Part shown: piece by piece, positions 1 to 10,983 of the stretch
Layout of the letters: every line of letters begins with the position of its first letter
Position numbering within the stretch: position 1 is the stretch's first letter
Source of the DNA: a bacterium
GTDB lineage: Bacteria; Hydrothermota; Tepidihabitantia; Tepidihabitantales; Tepidihabitantaceae
Assembly: GCA_039793395.1 (NCBI GenBank)
Contig: JBAMLV010000018.1
Coordinates: 9,993 to 73,992, forward strand
Direction of reading: 5' to 3'
DNA: 64,000 nt
Position numbers and translations under genes: made by a program
The notes under the pieces: model-generated
Told to the model about the DNA's origin: nothing
The model's database searches: none
What the model saw: the letters and a program-made list of their open reading frames with translations, nothing else

Positions 1-418
1 GGCGCAGCAGCGGCGCACCACCGAGGGCAAAGGTGTGGGTCAGTTTTTCCATCCGGTGAAAATCGGTGGGCGTAGCGGCATTGGTGATGCCGGGTACTTC
101 AACCAGTAAATCGCGGGGCAGGGCAAAAAGGTTCAGCCGGTTGAGTTTGAAGTTCAGATGGGCGACGATGACGATGTCCGAATGGGCAATTTTTTCCCGG
201 GGGATGCGGGTTCTGCCGCCGTGGTCCTGAGCCGGGTTCAAAGCACGGGCATCCTTGCCGATTAAAAGGATGTTGAACTCATCGGCAGTATCAGTCAGGG
301 TGGCTGGAACCGGGTAACCGGTGCGGGGTAAAAACAAAAACAGCACCGCACCACCGGCGAGCAGGAGCACAATGCCAGGGACAATCAGCAGCAGGCGCCA
401 GATTTTCCGGAGTGCCAT
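1..418 (-). CDS. LytR/CpsA/Psr (LCP) family protein, N-terminal part (3' end runs off the window)
   Basis: Not in the ORF track because it is open at the window edge. Hand translation from ATG at 418 gives MALRKIWRLLLIVPGIVLLLAGG (TM anchor), then FNILLIGKDAR, HSDIVIVAHLN and LFALPRDLLVEVPGI, the usual LCP core pattern. No in-frame stop to position 1. It starts 3 nt after the der stop. Confidence 0.7.
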   Translation of the reverse strand, partial: MALRKIWRLLLIVPGIVLLLAGGAVLFLFLPRTGYPVPATLTDTADEFNILLIGKDARALNPAQDHGGRTRIPREKIAHSDIVIVAHLNFKLNRLNLFALPRDLLVEVPGITNAATPTDFHRMEKLTHTFALGGAPLLR

Positions 419-420
419 TG

Positions 421-1695
421 TCAATCGGTGACCTTCAGCCGGATAGGATAACCGGTGAACCGGAACTGGTGGCGGAGTAAATTGATAACGAACCGCTGAT
501 AGCGGATGCCGACCGCATCCGGACAGGAGACCCGGAGCCGGAATAGCGGCGGTCTAATACCGGTCTGGGATAAAGCGATCACCCGGCAGCCGGGTGCAGG
601 TGGCTGGTCCTGAAGCTGATTGAGAATGGTGGCACGGAGGAACCGGGCGCTGATGCGCAGGGCACCGGAATGGTAAACCGCCTTTGCCTGCCGGACCGCA
701 TCCCGGACACCCTTACCCCGCAGGGCACAGGCGTAAATCAGGGGTGCATAACTGACAAACTGCAGTTTGGTGGTGATGTATTGCTCAACCTTTTTTCTCA
801 GTTCCCGGGGAATCAGGTCGGTCTTGTTGGCAACAATTACCAGCCCCCGGTTTCGCTCGGTTACCAGATTGATTATCCGCCGGTCCTGAGCAGTAGGACC
901 TTCCGTGGCGTCAATTACCACCAGCGCAATGTCGCAGCGGTCAATGGTGTCAATCGCCCGGCTGACTGCGTAATATTCCACCGGCTGGTCAATTCTGGTC
1001 CGGCGCCGGATGCCGGCGGTGTCAATGATGCGAAAGGTTTCGCCTTCAAATTCAAAGTTTTCTTCAATGATGTCTCTGGTGGTGCCGGGAACCGGTGTGA
1101 CAATTGCCCGTTCGCTGCCGAGCAGCCGGTTGAGCAGGGTGGACTTGCCGACATTGGGCCGGCCGAGGATTGCCAGTGCTACTCCGGTGCGGGGTGGCAA
1201 CCGGACCGGCGGCAGCTGGTGGACAATTTCGTCCAGCAGTTCATCCACACCGGTTCCGTGTTCGGCAGAGATGGTAAACAGGTGCTCGGCACCGAGGCGG
1301 TAGAATTCGGTTTCGTCAAAGCCGCGCCGGATGTCGCATTTGTTGACTGCGAGCAGAAATCTTTTTCCCCGGGCGCGCACCCGGTTGGCGATTTCAATAT
1401 CCAGCGGCACCAGTCCGGTGGTGCCGTCAACCACCAGCACGATAACCGTTGCCTCATTGAGGGCAATCTCCACCTGGCGGGTTATCTCCTGCTGGATTTC
1501 AGTCCCGGCATCCGGGACATAGCCGCCGGTATCAATCACCAGAAATTCCCGGTCCTGCCAGCGGCAGGGGCGGATGAGCCGGTCCCGGGTGACCCCGGGT
1601 TCCTTGAGGGTGATGGCAACCCGACCACCAACCAGCCGGTTGAAGAGGGTGGACTTGCCGACATTGGGCCGGCCGATAATCACCACGGACGCCAT
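421..1695 (-). CDS. der: Ribosome-associated GTPase Der/EngA
   Basis: Two tandem GTPase domains (GRPNVGKSTLFNRL..DTGG..NKCD and GRPNVGKSTLLNRL..DTAG..NKTD) plus a C-terminal KH-like tail. 424 aa. Confidence 0.95.
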   Translation of the reverse strand: MASVVIIGRPNVGKSTLFNRLVGGRVAITLKEPGVTRDRLIRPCRWQDREFLVIDTGGYVPDAGTEIQQEITRQVEIALNEATVIVLVVDGTTGLVPLDIEIANRVRARGKRFLLAVNKCDIRRGFDETEFYRLGAEHLFTISAEHGTGVDELLDEIVHQLPPVRLPPRTGVALAILGRPNVGKSTLLNRLLGSERAIVTPVPGTTRDIIEENFEFEGETFRIIDTAGIRRRTRIDQPVEYYAVSRAIDTIDRCDIALVVIDATEGPTAQDRRIINLVTERNRGLVIVANKTDLIPRELRKKVEQYITTKLQFVSYAPLIYACALRGKGVRDAVRQAKAVYHSGALRISARFLRATILNQLQDQPPAPGCRVIALSQTGIRPPLFRLRVSCPDAVGIRYQRFVINLLRHQFRFTGYPIRLKVTD

Positions 1696-2129
1696 TTGAT
1701 ATTAAGATTATTGTTTTTGCTGAAGTGAGTCAAGGGGAAAGGTGCTGACCGTGTCCGAAGTTGTTGGGGATGAGCGGGGTTCGGTGCGGGCACAGGTGGA
1801 TGGGACATGCAGTTGAGCGGTAGGTCCGGTGGTCAGACTTGAACCGGTTATTGAGCTCGGGCGAATATTGATCATTGGGAAGGGGAGTGTGTCGGGCTCG
1901 GGATTCAGACGGGATGGGGGTAATGAGTTCCGGGTGGCGGCCACGGTGGCGGTCAGTAAAGGTCCGGGGTCCGGGGCAAGCCCGGAAGCCGCACCCACCC
2001 CAGCCCGGGGCTAGCCCCCCAATTCGGGATAACTTACTGCCGATCAATGAGATAACATCAGAAGGTTGATATGATTTGCTGAGTATCAGCAGGGACGACT
2101 GCGAGAGGAGTTAGGATTGGCAGGCGGTT

Positions 2130-2411
2130 TCAGTACCGGGACAGGATGAGGATTACAATTGCGAGCGCACCGAGGAACACAACCACCCCGATGCCAACCC
2201 AGAAGAGGTTAAGGCTGCGGAGTTGTTCATACCGTTCCGCCACCTCTGCCATTTTGTCGGGGTCAAGGGGTGGCTTGAGTTTGTCTTCAACAATTTCGCC
2301 TTTGAATCGGAGCTGGCAGCCCGGGCAGGTGGTGTAGAGCCGTTTCATCAGGCGCCCGCATTCCGGGCAGAAGTAGTATTTACCTCTTTTGATTACCGGT
2401 GCCTCATTCAC
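2130..2411 (-). CDS. Small zinc-ribbon protein with C-terminal transmembrane helix (hypothetical)
   Basis: CPECG..x..CPGC four-Cys ribbon and a hydrophobic tail (FWVGIGVVVFLGALAIVILIL). GTG start with no obvious SD. Confidence 0.5.
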   Translation of the reverse strand: MNEAPVIKRGKYYFCPECGRLMKRLYTTCPGCQLRFKGEIVEDKLKPPLDPDKMAEVAERYEQLRSLNLFWVGIGVVVFLGALAIVILILSRY

Positions 2412-2619
2412 AGTTGAATGATAGGAAATTATCGGGTGGCGGTCAAGAAATTTAACCCGGATTTTGAGGGGTAAGGGGAGAAATCAACCCGGCTGTTTCA
2501 CTTGACAGATAAAATTCTATGCTCACAATTGATAATAGGGTCTGCAAAGGCAGACCAGCGGAAGGCGATGGTTTCTATACTATGATTAAAATGCCCTCAG
2601 GGGCAGAAAGGAGCAGTAA

Positions 2620-2901
2620 ATGCCGCGTGGACAAGCATTGATGAATCGCACCGTGAAGTTGACGGAGGCGATGCAGCCGATCTTCGGACCCGGAAAGCAG
2701 ATTAAGGTCCGGGATATCAACAAGAAGCTGTGGGCATATATCAAGAAGCATAAGTTGATGAGTGGTGAGGGACCGCTGATGAAACGGACCATCACCCTGA
2801 CCCCGGAAATGCAGGCGATTATGGGTAAAAAGACAGCAGTGAAGGTCGGCGAGATGAATAAGCTGCTGTGGAAATACATTAACGCCAACAACCTGTTCTA
2901 A
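2620..2901 (+). CDS. SWIB/MDM2-domain protein (stand-alone, 93 aa)
   Basis: Two half-repeats, VKLTEAMQPIFGPGKQIKVRDINKKLWAYIKKHKL and ITLTPEMQAIMGKKTAVKVGEMNKLLWKYINANNL, match the SWIB pattern (L.p.L..i.G....sR.e..KklW.YIK...L). SD GAAAGGAG lies upstream and a terminator downstream. Confidence 0.7.
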   Translation: MPRGQALMNRTVKLTEAMQPIFGPGKQIKVRDINKKLWAYIKKHKLMSGEGPLMKRTITLTPEMQAIMGKKTAVKVGEMNKLLWKYINANNLF

Positions 2902-2927
2902 TCTTCGTTTAAAGAGCGTAATAAGGC

Positions 2928-2960
2928 AACCCCCGTGAGTGCGGGGGTTCAGCCTTTTTT
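2928..2960 (+). terminator. Rho-independent terminator after the SWIB gene
   Basis: The stem AACCCCCG / CGGGGGTT has an 8-bp GC-rich core and the loop TGAGTG. CAGCC and then TTTTTT follow. Confidence 0.7.
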
Positions 2961-3048
2961 ATGACCGCTGGCGGTCGGGTCTATTAAGTATCGTTTTTTT
3001 AGAGGGTTGAAAAAACGGGCAGCGGGTTTAATCCAGTTGTTTTTCTGC

Positions 3049-3077
3049 TTGACAGCAGGGCAGGAATTTGTTATTAT
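3049..3077 (+). promoter_or_regulatory. Sigma70-type promoter for the 23S-5S operon
   Basis: TTGACA (3049-3054), a 17-nt spacer, then TATTAT (3072-3077). An A/T-rich stretch lies upstream, and the promoter sits about 65 nt upstream of the 23S 5' end. Confidence 0.55.
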
Positions 3078-3119
3078 TTTGTTAGCCAAAATTTTAGAAT
3101 TTTTGCTCTTTGACAATTT

Positions 3120-3137
3120 GGAGAAGAGGCAGGCAGA
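3120..3137 (+). other. 5' half of the 23S precursor processing stem (pairs with 6157-6174)
   Basis: GGAGAAGAGGCAGGCAGA is complementary, apart from 2 G-U wobble pairs, to TCTGTTTGCCTCTTCTCC just 3' of the 23S. This is the arrangement of RNase III processing stems. Confidence 0.6.
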
Positions 3138-3143
3138 TATTCA

Positions 3144-6154
<3,011 letters not shown>

Positions 6155-6156
6155 TT

Positions 6157-6174
6157 TCTGTTTGCCTCTTCTCC
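6157..6174 (+). other. 3' half of the 23S precursor processing stem (pairs with 3120-3137)
   Basis: See the partner feature at 3120-3137. Confidence 0.6.
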
Positions 6175-6188
6175 TTAATCTTGAAAAT

Positions 6189-6306
6189 TCCCGGCGGTGA
6201 TACCGGAGGGGAAACACCTCTTCCCATACCGAACAGAGCCGTTAAGCCCTCCAGGGCCGATGGTACTGCGCTGGCAACGGCGCGGGAGAGTAGGTCGCTG
6301 CCGGGT
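6189..6306 (+). rRNA. rrf: 5S ribosomal RNA
   Basis: TCCCGGCGGTGATACC...CCCATACCGAACAGAGCCGTTAAGCCC...GGGAGAGTAGGTCGCTGCCGGG, with helix I closing 5'/3'. A T-rich tract follows (GTTTTTGTTTTATT). Confidence 0.9.
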
Positions 6307-6338
6307 GTTTTTGTTTTATTAAATCAGTTCCGCAATCT

Positions 6339-7541
6339 TTGACGATACGCCGATTAACAGCTAAATTTAGTCAGTTGCGCAGTTCAGCCGGTATTTTCCT
6401 GATTGTGCTTTTGGGCGGCGGCTGTTATTATCCGCCAATGCGAACCGGAACACGGCTTCAGCCGACGGCAGAGTTGCGGGTGCGGGTGCGGTTGAGCGTG
6501 GCGGGCGAGCGGGTGAAAATCAGCGGTGCTCAGCCAGTGATGCTGGTCACGGGTAATCAGTCCCAGGCGCTGAAATCCAACGAGTCAATTGAACTGGTGC
6601 GCCAGGTTAATGGTTATGATATCGTTGCACCCGGGAGGGTCTGGCGGGGGGTGTTGGATACAGTCCGGCTGAAATCGGATGGACCGATTCAGGTCGGGAG
6701 CCAGTTTTATCGGGGGGAGATAATCGCTTTCTGGCTGGCGGAAACCGGGCTGGTGGTGGTCAATGAACTCGGACTGGAGGATTATCTTTACAGTGTGGTT
6801 CCGTGTGAAATCGGTCCGATTAACCCTGCAACCTATCAGGCGGTCAAGGCACAGGCGGTGGCGGCCAGGAGTTTTACCATTTCCCGGCTTGGCAAGCGCA
6901 TGGGTCTTGGTTATGACCTATATGACAGTTATCTGCGCGACCAGGAATATCGGGGGGCAGGGGTGGAACTGGCACTGGCACGACAGGCGGTTGATGAGAC
7001 CAGGGGCGAGGTGCTGATTTATCAGGAAAGGGTGGCTGAGGCGCTCTATCACGGGAACTGCGGGGGCAAGACCGCAGAAGGTGCAAGCGGCTATCTTTGC
7101 AGTGTGTCCGACCGTCCGCACCGCTCCGGCGGAGCACCGTTCTGCAGTTGGAGCAGTAACTTTTCCTGGCAGGTGAAAATCGGACTGGACAGTCTTGAGC
7201 GCAGCCTTGCCCGGTTAAAGGGCATTACCGGCAGCATCCGGGTCCGAAGCGTGCGGGTGGAGAAGGAGCGGCATTCGGGCCGGGCGCAGCGGCTCTATTT
7301 TCAGACCGACCGGGGTACGGTGGCGGTTTCGGGCAACGATTTCCGGTTCTGGCTGGGTTTGAAGTCAACCCTGATTGACATCCAGATTGCCGGTCGCCAG
7401 GTGTTGATTAACGGCCGGGGCTGGGGCCACGGCGTCGGGCTGTGCCAGGACGGGGCAATCGGAATGGCAAGGCAGGGGTATGGGTATCGCCAGATATTAA
7501 GCCATTATTACCCGCGGCTCAAGCTCAGAAGGTGGTATTGA
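6339..7541 (+). CDS. SpoIID/LytB domain protein (peptidoglycan amidase enhancer family)
   Basis: Has LEDYLYSVVPCEIGP...AVKAQAVAARSF and C-terminal GHGVGLCQDGAIGMARQGYGYRQILSHYYP. An N-terminal hydrophobic segment is present. TTG start, so the exact start is uncertain. Confidence 0.85.
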   Translation: MTIRRLTAKFSQLRSSAGIFLIVLLGGGCYYPPMRTGTRLQPTAELRVRVRLSVAGERVKISGAQPVMLVTGNQSQALKSNESIELVRQVNGYDIVAPGRVWRGVLDTVRLKSDGPIQVGSQFYRGEIIAFWLAETGLVVVNELGLEDYLYSVVPCEIGPINPATYQAVKAQAVAARSFTISRLGKRMGLGYDLYDSYLRDQEYRGAGVELALARQAVDETRGEVLIYQERVAEALYHGNCGGKTAEGASGYLCSVSDRPHRSGGAPFCSWSSNFSWQVKIGLDSLERSLARLKGITGSIRVRSVRVEKERHSGRAQRLYFQTDRGTVAVSGNDFRFWLGLKSTLIDIQIAGRQVLINGRGWGHGVGLCQDGAIGMARQGYGYRQILSHYYPRLKLRRWY

Positions 7542-8135
7542 TCAGGTTCCGGTTTCTTCCCCGGACATTTCCTTTTCTTCGGGCACATCGGTAATGAATA
7601 CCGCGGCTGCAACCACACTGGTCCAGAGGCCATTCTTGTTGCCGATGGCGGTCTGGGTAATGTTCTGGGTGCGGACTATTTCCCGGGCGATTTTCCAGAT
7701 TTCCTTGCGCTTGTCATAACTCAGGTCCGGGTCAAAGGGCACTCCCAGGGTGGTGGCGAGCATCTGGGCTGCCAGGTCTTCGGCGTAATCACCGGCACGG
7801 TCCTCGCGCTCACCAAAGGAGTGGTATTCGGAAAGGTAGCCGTAACGGGAAGGGTCTTTGGGTATAGCAATTCCAACTGAGGCGGAAATCAGCCGGTGGG
7901 GTTCGTTGGTCGCATTGTCACTCATCACGACAAAGAGCACCTGTCCCGGTTTCAGCAGGTTCAGTCCCCGCTGCCGGGAGATGATCCGGCAGTAAGGGGG
8001 AAAGATTGATGACACCCGGACGAGGTTAAACGGGGCGATGCCGGCGTCACGCAGCGCGGCTTCAAAACTGGCAAGCCTTTCCCGGTGGACACCGACGCCT
8101 TTGGTGAGGAATACATAACGGGGCAGGATGACCAT
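7542..8135 (-). CDS. pdaD: Pyruvoyl-dependent arginine decarboxylase
   Basis: N-terminus is LPRYVFLTKGVGVHRERLASFEAALRDAGIAPFNLVRVSSIFPP. The Ser-Ser self-cleavage context and the size are typical of PvlArgDC. Confidence 0.85.
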   Translation of the reverse strand: MVILPRYVFLTKGVGVHRERLASFEAALRDAGIAPFNLVRVSSIFPPYCRIISRQRGLNLLKPGQVLFVVMSDNATNEPHRLISASVGIAIPKDPSRYGYLSEYHSFGEREDRAGDYAEDLAAQMLATTLGVPFDPDLSYDKRKEIWKIAREIVRTQNITQTAIGNKNGLWTSVVAAAVFITDVPEEKEMSGEETGT

Positions 8136-8158
8136 TTTCCCTCCTTAAAAAGAAAAGG

Positions 8159-8231
8159 TGGAGCAGACCAGATTTGAACTGGCGACCTCCAGAGTGCGAT
8201 TCTGGCGCTCTCCCAACTGAGCTACTGCCCC
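8159..8231 (-). tRNA. tRNA-Ala (anticodon CGC)
   Basis: The reverse complement folds as a cloverleaf: GGGGCAG/CTGCTCC acceptor with G3:U70, anticodon loop AT-CGC-AC, T-loop GCCAGTTCAAATCTGGT. CCA is not encoded. Confidence 0.9.
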
Positions 8232-8378
8232 ACAATTTTTTGGTGCCGGCTTCAAAGCCGCACCCTCCGGCGCTGAGAAATTATTCGCTTCACCGCCGTA
8301 TCAATTTTAAATCGGCGCCGGCTCCTGTCAACAGGAAAAATGCAGGACCGAAACCGGGTGCGAAAGGGCAGAACATCC

Positions 8379-8407
8379 TTGACCGCCGGCATTACCGGTG
8401 TTAATAT
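8379..8407 (+). promoter_or_regulatory. Candidate sigma70-type promoter
   Basis: TTGACC, a 17-nt spacer, then TAATAT, about 24 nt upstream of ATG 8431, which has a GGAGG SD. Confidence 0.4.
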
Positions 8408-8430
8408 TATGCAAAGACAGGAGGTGTGAT

Positions 8431-9798
8431 ATGAAACGGTTTGCCGTTTGGTCCGCAGTGCTGGTGCTATTGACACCGGGCTGGGCACATTGTCAGTTCG
8501 GGGTCATCGGCACAAGCAGCACCAGGTCTGCCACCGGTCCGAACAACAGCCATAAACTGGCATACCACTCGGAAATGTTATTCCCGGCGTGGGACACGGT
8601 CACACTGGTTTTTCAGTCCAATAACACCATCTATCTTGCCGTCTCCGGGAACGGAGAAATAAACCCCTGGCAGGTGCCGGTGGCGCTTTATCCGGGCGCT
8701 GACCCAGCAATTACCTGCGGCAGCAATAACGAGCGACAGCTGGTCTGGCAGATGCTTGATACCGCAGGCGGACGGCTGAACATATTTTACTGCAACCTTG
8801 AATACCGGAACCGGATGGTGCCAGTCAATGTGAGCACCACCAGTCAGGACTGCTTCCATCCGGATGTGTATGGTGACAGCCTCGGGGTCGCTCATATTGT
8901 CTGGGAGGAGAATGAGGGCACGGGCCGACGGGTTTATTACCGTCAGGCGAATGTCAATGGGGTAATCGGTGAAAGGTTTGCGGTTGCCAGCGCATTGACC
9001 AGTGCCTGGGCGCTGCCGGCGATTGAGAAGTTTAATAATGGTATTGCGGTTGTCTGGGCACATTGTGATTCCACTCAGAATCCACCTGTTTATAAGATTA
9101 TGCGGCGCCGCCAGTTGAACGGGGTCTGGCAGCCTGAGGAGGTGCTGGTTGAGCACAACGAGCCGTTGAACCGGCCGGCACTTGACTTTGGCACTGAAGG
9201 CGAAGATTTTTCCGGCTGCTGGGAAATGGTGGTGAGCGGGAATAGCGAGGTGCAGTTTTACGGTGGTAATGGTGGTGGCTATCCAACAGCCGGTGTTTCC
9301 ACCGCGCCGGTGGTTTCAACCGTGGGTCGGGTCTGGTCCTATCTCTTCTGGGAGGAGGATTCTGCCGGGAACGAAGACATCAATACCCATTTCTATTACT
9401 TTATGACCGGCTGGACTCAGAGTTCAATCCGGCGCTTCTTCTCAATCAACGCACCGATTTATGCGCCCAGCTGTCTGGGGGCGCTTGCGGTCTGGACCCA
9501 GGGGGACAGTGCGCCCTATCAGGTGATGTGGGGGTTTTTTGATTATGCAGTTGGCACGCCGGATCAAACCAGGGTCAGGCGCGCGGGTGAAGGTTTTACC
9601 ACCATTGTGCGTGACCGGCTGGTTCTGCCTGCAGGCGTAAACACCAAACCCGCAGCAGGCGGATTGGTGCTCAGCGATATTGCCGGCAACAGAGTGCTGA
9701 AACTCAAACCCGGGTTCAACGATGTTAGCCGGCTGGCACCAGGGGTATATTTTATTCGTTCATCAGACCGATGGCAGCGGGTGGTGATTATCCGCTGA
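8431..9798 (+). CDS. Secreted protein with T9SS type-A C-terminal sorting domain (function unknown)
   Basis: Start moved to MKRFAVWSAVLVLL (signal peptide, GGAGG SD 6 nt upstream). The C-terminus LKLKPGFNDVSRLAPGVYFIRSSDRWQRVVIIR has the Por/T9SS CTD pattern. Confidence 0.8.
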   Translation: MKRFAVWSAVLVLLTPGWAHCQFGVIGTSSTRSATGPNNSHKLAYHSEMLFPAWDTVTLVFQSNNTIYLAVSGNGEINPWQVPVALYPGADPAITCGSNNERQLVWQMLDTAGGRLNIFYCNLEYRNRMVPVNVSTTSQDCFHPDVYGDSLGVAHIVWEENEGTGRRVYYRQANVNGVIGERFAVASALTSAWALPAIEKFNNGIAVVWAHCDSTQNPPVYKIMRRRQLNGVWQPEEVLVEHNEPLNRPALDFGTEGEDFSGCWEMVVSGNSEVQFYGGNGGGYPTAGVSTAPVVSTVGRVWSYLFWEEDSAGNEDINTHFYYFMTGWTQSSIRRFFSINAPIYAPSCLGALAVWTQGDSAPYQVMWGFFDYAVGTPDQTRVRRAGEGFTTIVRDRLVLPAGVNTKPAAGGLVLSDIAGNRVLKLKPGFNDVSRLAPGVYFIRSSDRWQRVVIIR

Positions 9799-9833
9799 AA
9801 TTGGGCAGAAAAAATATATTGTCGGACCCGAGG

Positions 9834-10946
9834 TTAATTTTCTGCCTGGAGAAGATAGCGGGCAATCGTTTCCGCACCGTTAACCGGATACCGGTTCCAG
9901 CCCGCAGTAGCCATTTCAATCAGTCTGCCCCGGGCTTTTAGCCGCTCAATCATCAGCCCGAACTTTTCTGGCTGATTGAGCGGCAGGCAGACCCCCTGTT
10001 TGAAGGCAAACTCAAAGTTTTCCCGGGCAAAAGGTCCGATATGCGGCAGCAGGGCAAATAGCGGTAGTCCAAGCCCGACCGCCCAGTTGGTGCGCTCGTG
10101 TGCTGCTGTCACCATCAGGTCAATCCGGGAAAAGAGCTCGGCGGTCCGGCGGTTTTCTTCTTTACGGGATGAAAAGACCATCGCTTTTGGCAGTTTTCGG
10201 GCAGAACCCGGACTGGTGCCGGCAAAGATCAGGGTATTGTGGTTTGAGTTCCGGGCAGAACGGACAGCGGTGAGGATGGCACGCAGATGGGGTTTCGGAT
10301 AGGCGCCTGAGGTGAAAAAGGCGATGGTCAACGGTTCACCGGATTCAAGCCGGCTGAGCCGGGATTCAAAAGCGGTTCGGGCAACGGGCAGAATTTCCGG
10401 CTCAATTACCAGTCCGGTGATAACGATGGTATCGGGTTTTACACCTAAAGACCGCAGTCGGCGGGCGGTGGATTCAACCGGGGCAAAGATGCACCAGGCA
10501 CGGTTAACCGCGGAGATTTTCGGTGCGGCAATTTCGCAATGGAGATAGGCAACCCGGCAGACCGGTGCGAGCATACGGGCATAAACCGGATGGTCAACGA
10601 GCACAATACCGGGAAAGTTTGCCAATCGGTCTCTGAGCCCGCGGTCAGAGAGCATAAGTTCCAGATTTGAGCCCCGGGTGCGCAGCCGGTTGTAGAGTGC
10701 GGTCAGGAGCCCGCCGCGGGCACCAAGCCGGTACCCAAGATATGCCAGTTGTCGGGCTGGACCAGCAGGCACAATCTTTTTAACCCCGGGCAGAAACGAA
10801 AGCACCGCGTCCAGATAGTTTGAATGGCCACGCCCGATTTCGGATGCAACTGCGAGCAGATATGGCTTCAACTGTGGCAATAGAATAGATAAACCAGCGC
10901 CGGTGTCAAATTCTATTGACCGCAACCGGACCGGTAAGTCCATCAT
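9834..10946 (-). CDS. Putative GT-B fold glycosyltransferase (MGDG-synthase/MurG-like), weak call
   Basis: An N-terminal GRGHSNYLDA motif resembles the GGGH motif of GT28-like enzymes. C-terminal DLMVTAAHERTNWAVGLGLPLFAL resembles their donor-binding region. This is motif-level similarity only. Confidence 0.4.
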   Translation of the reverse strand: MMDLPVRLRSIEFDTGAGLSILLPQLKPYLLAVASEIGRGHSNYLDAVLSFLPGVKKIVPAGPARQLAYLGYRLGARGGLLTALYNRLRTRGSNLELMLSDRGLRDRLANFPGIVLVDHPVYARMLAPVCRVAYLHCEIAAPKISAVNRAWCIFAPVESTARRLRSLGVKPDTIVITGLVIEPEILPVARTAFESRLSRLESGEPLTIAFFTSGAYPKPHLRAILTAVRSARNSNHNTLIFAGTSPGSARKLPKAMVFSSRKEENRRTAELFSRIDLMVTAAHERTNWAVGLGLPLFALLPHIGPFARENFEFAFKQGVCLPLNQPEKFGLMIERLKARGRLIEMATAGWNRYPVNGAETIARYLLQAEN

Positions 10947-10983
10947 TTGACAGCACTAAGGATCTGCTGATAATTAAGTTTCT

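Noticed and set aside
670-1728. A 352-aa ORF antisense to der. Similar long antisense ORFs occur at 45077-46003 (opposite copA), 35428-36135, 60299-61114, 20418-21020 and 16532-17247.
   Set aside because: Long open antisense frames are expected in GC-rich coding DNA. The opposite-strand genes have unmistakable conserved motifs, while these translations are low-complexity and Gly/Arg/Pro-rich.
1767-1795. GGGGATGAGCGGGGTTCGGTGCGGG looks like a tmRNA 5' end (GGGGNUGA...GGNUUCGAC..GG).
   Set aside because: No tRNA-like 3' end (T-arm GGTTCGAATCC plus ..CCACCA) lies within about 400 nt downstream on that strand. The T-loop-like GGTTCAAGTC at about 1838-1847 is on the other strand and lacks a paired stem.
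1950-2040. AGTAAAGGTCCGGGGTCC resembles the RNase P RNA P4 strand GAGGAAAGUCCGGGCUCC, and CAATTCGGGATAAC loosely resembles the 3' P4 strand.
   Set aside because: The two elements are only about 60 nt apart, and the other universal blocks (the GGGUGAAAGGGUGCGGUAAGAGC type) are absent or in the wrong order. A full-length RNase P RNA would have to overlap the zinc-ribbon CDS.
3110-3115. A second TTGACA, about 30 nt upstream of the 23S 5' end.
   Set aside because: No acceptable -10 lies at 16-18 nt spacing, and the sequence immediately downstream is the 5' strand of the 23S processing stem.
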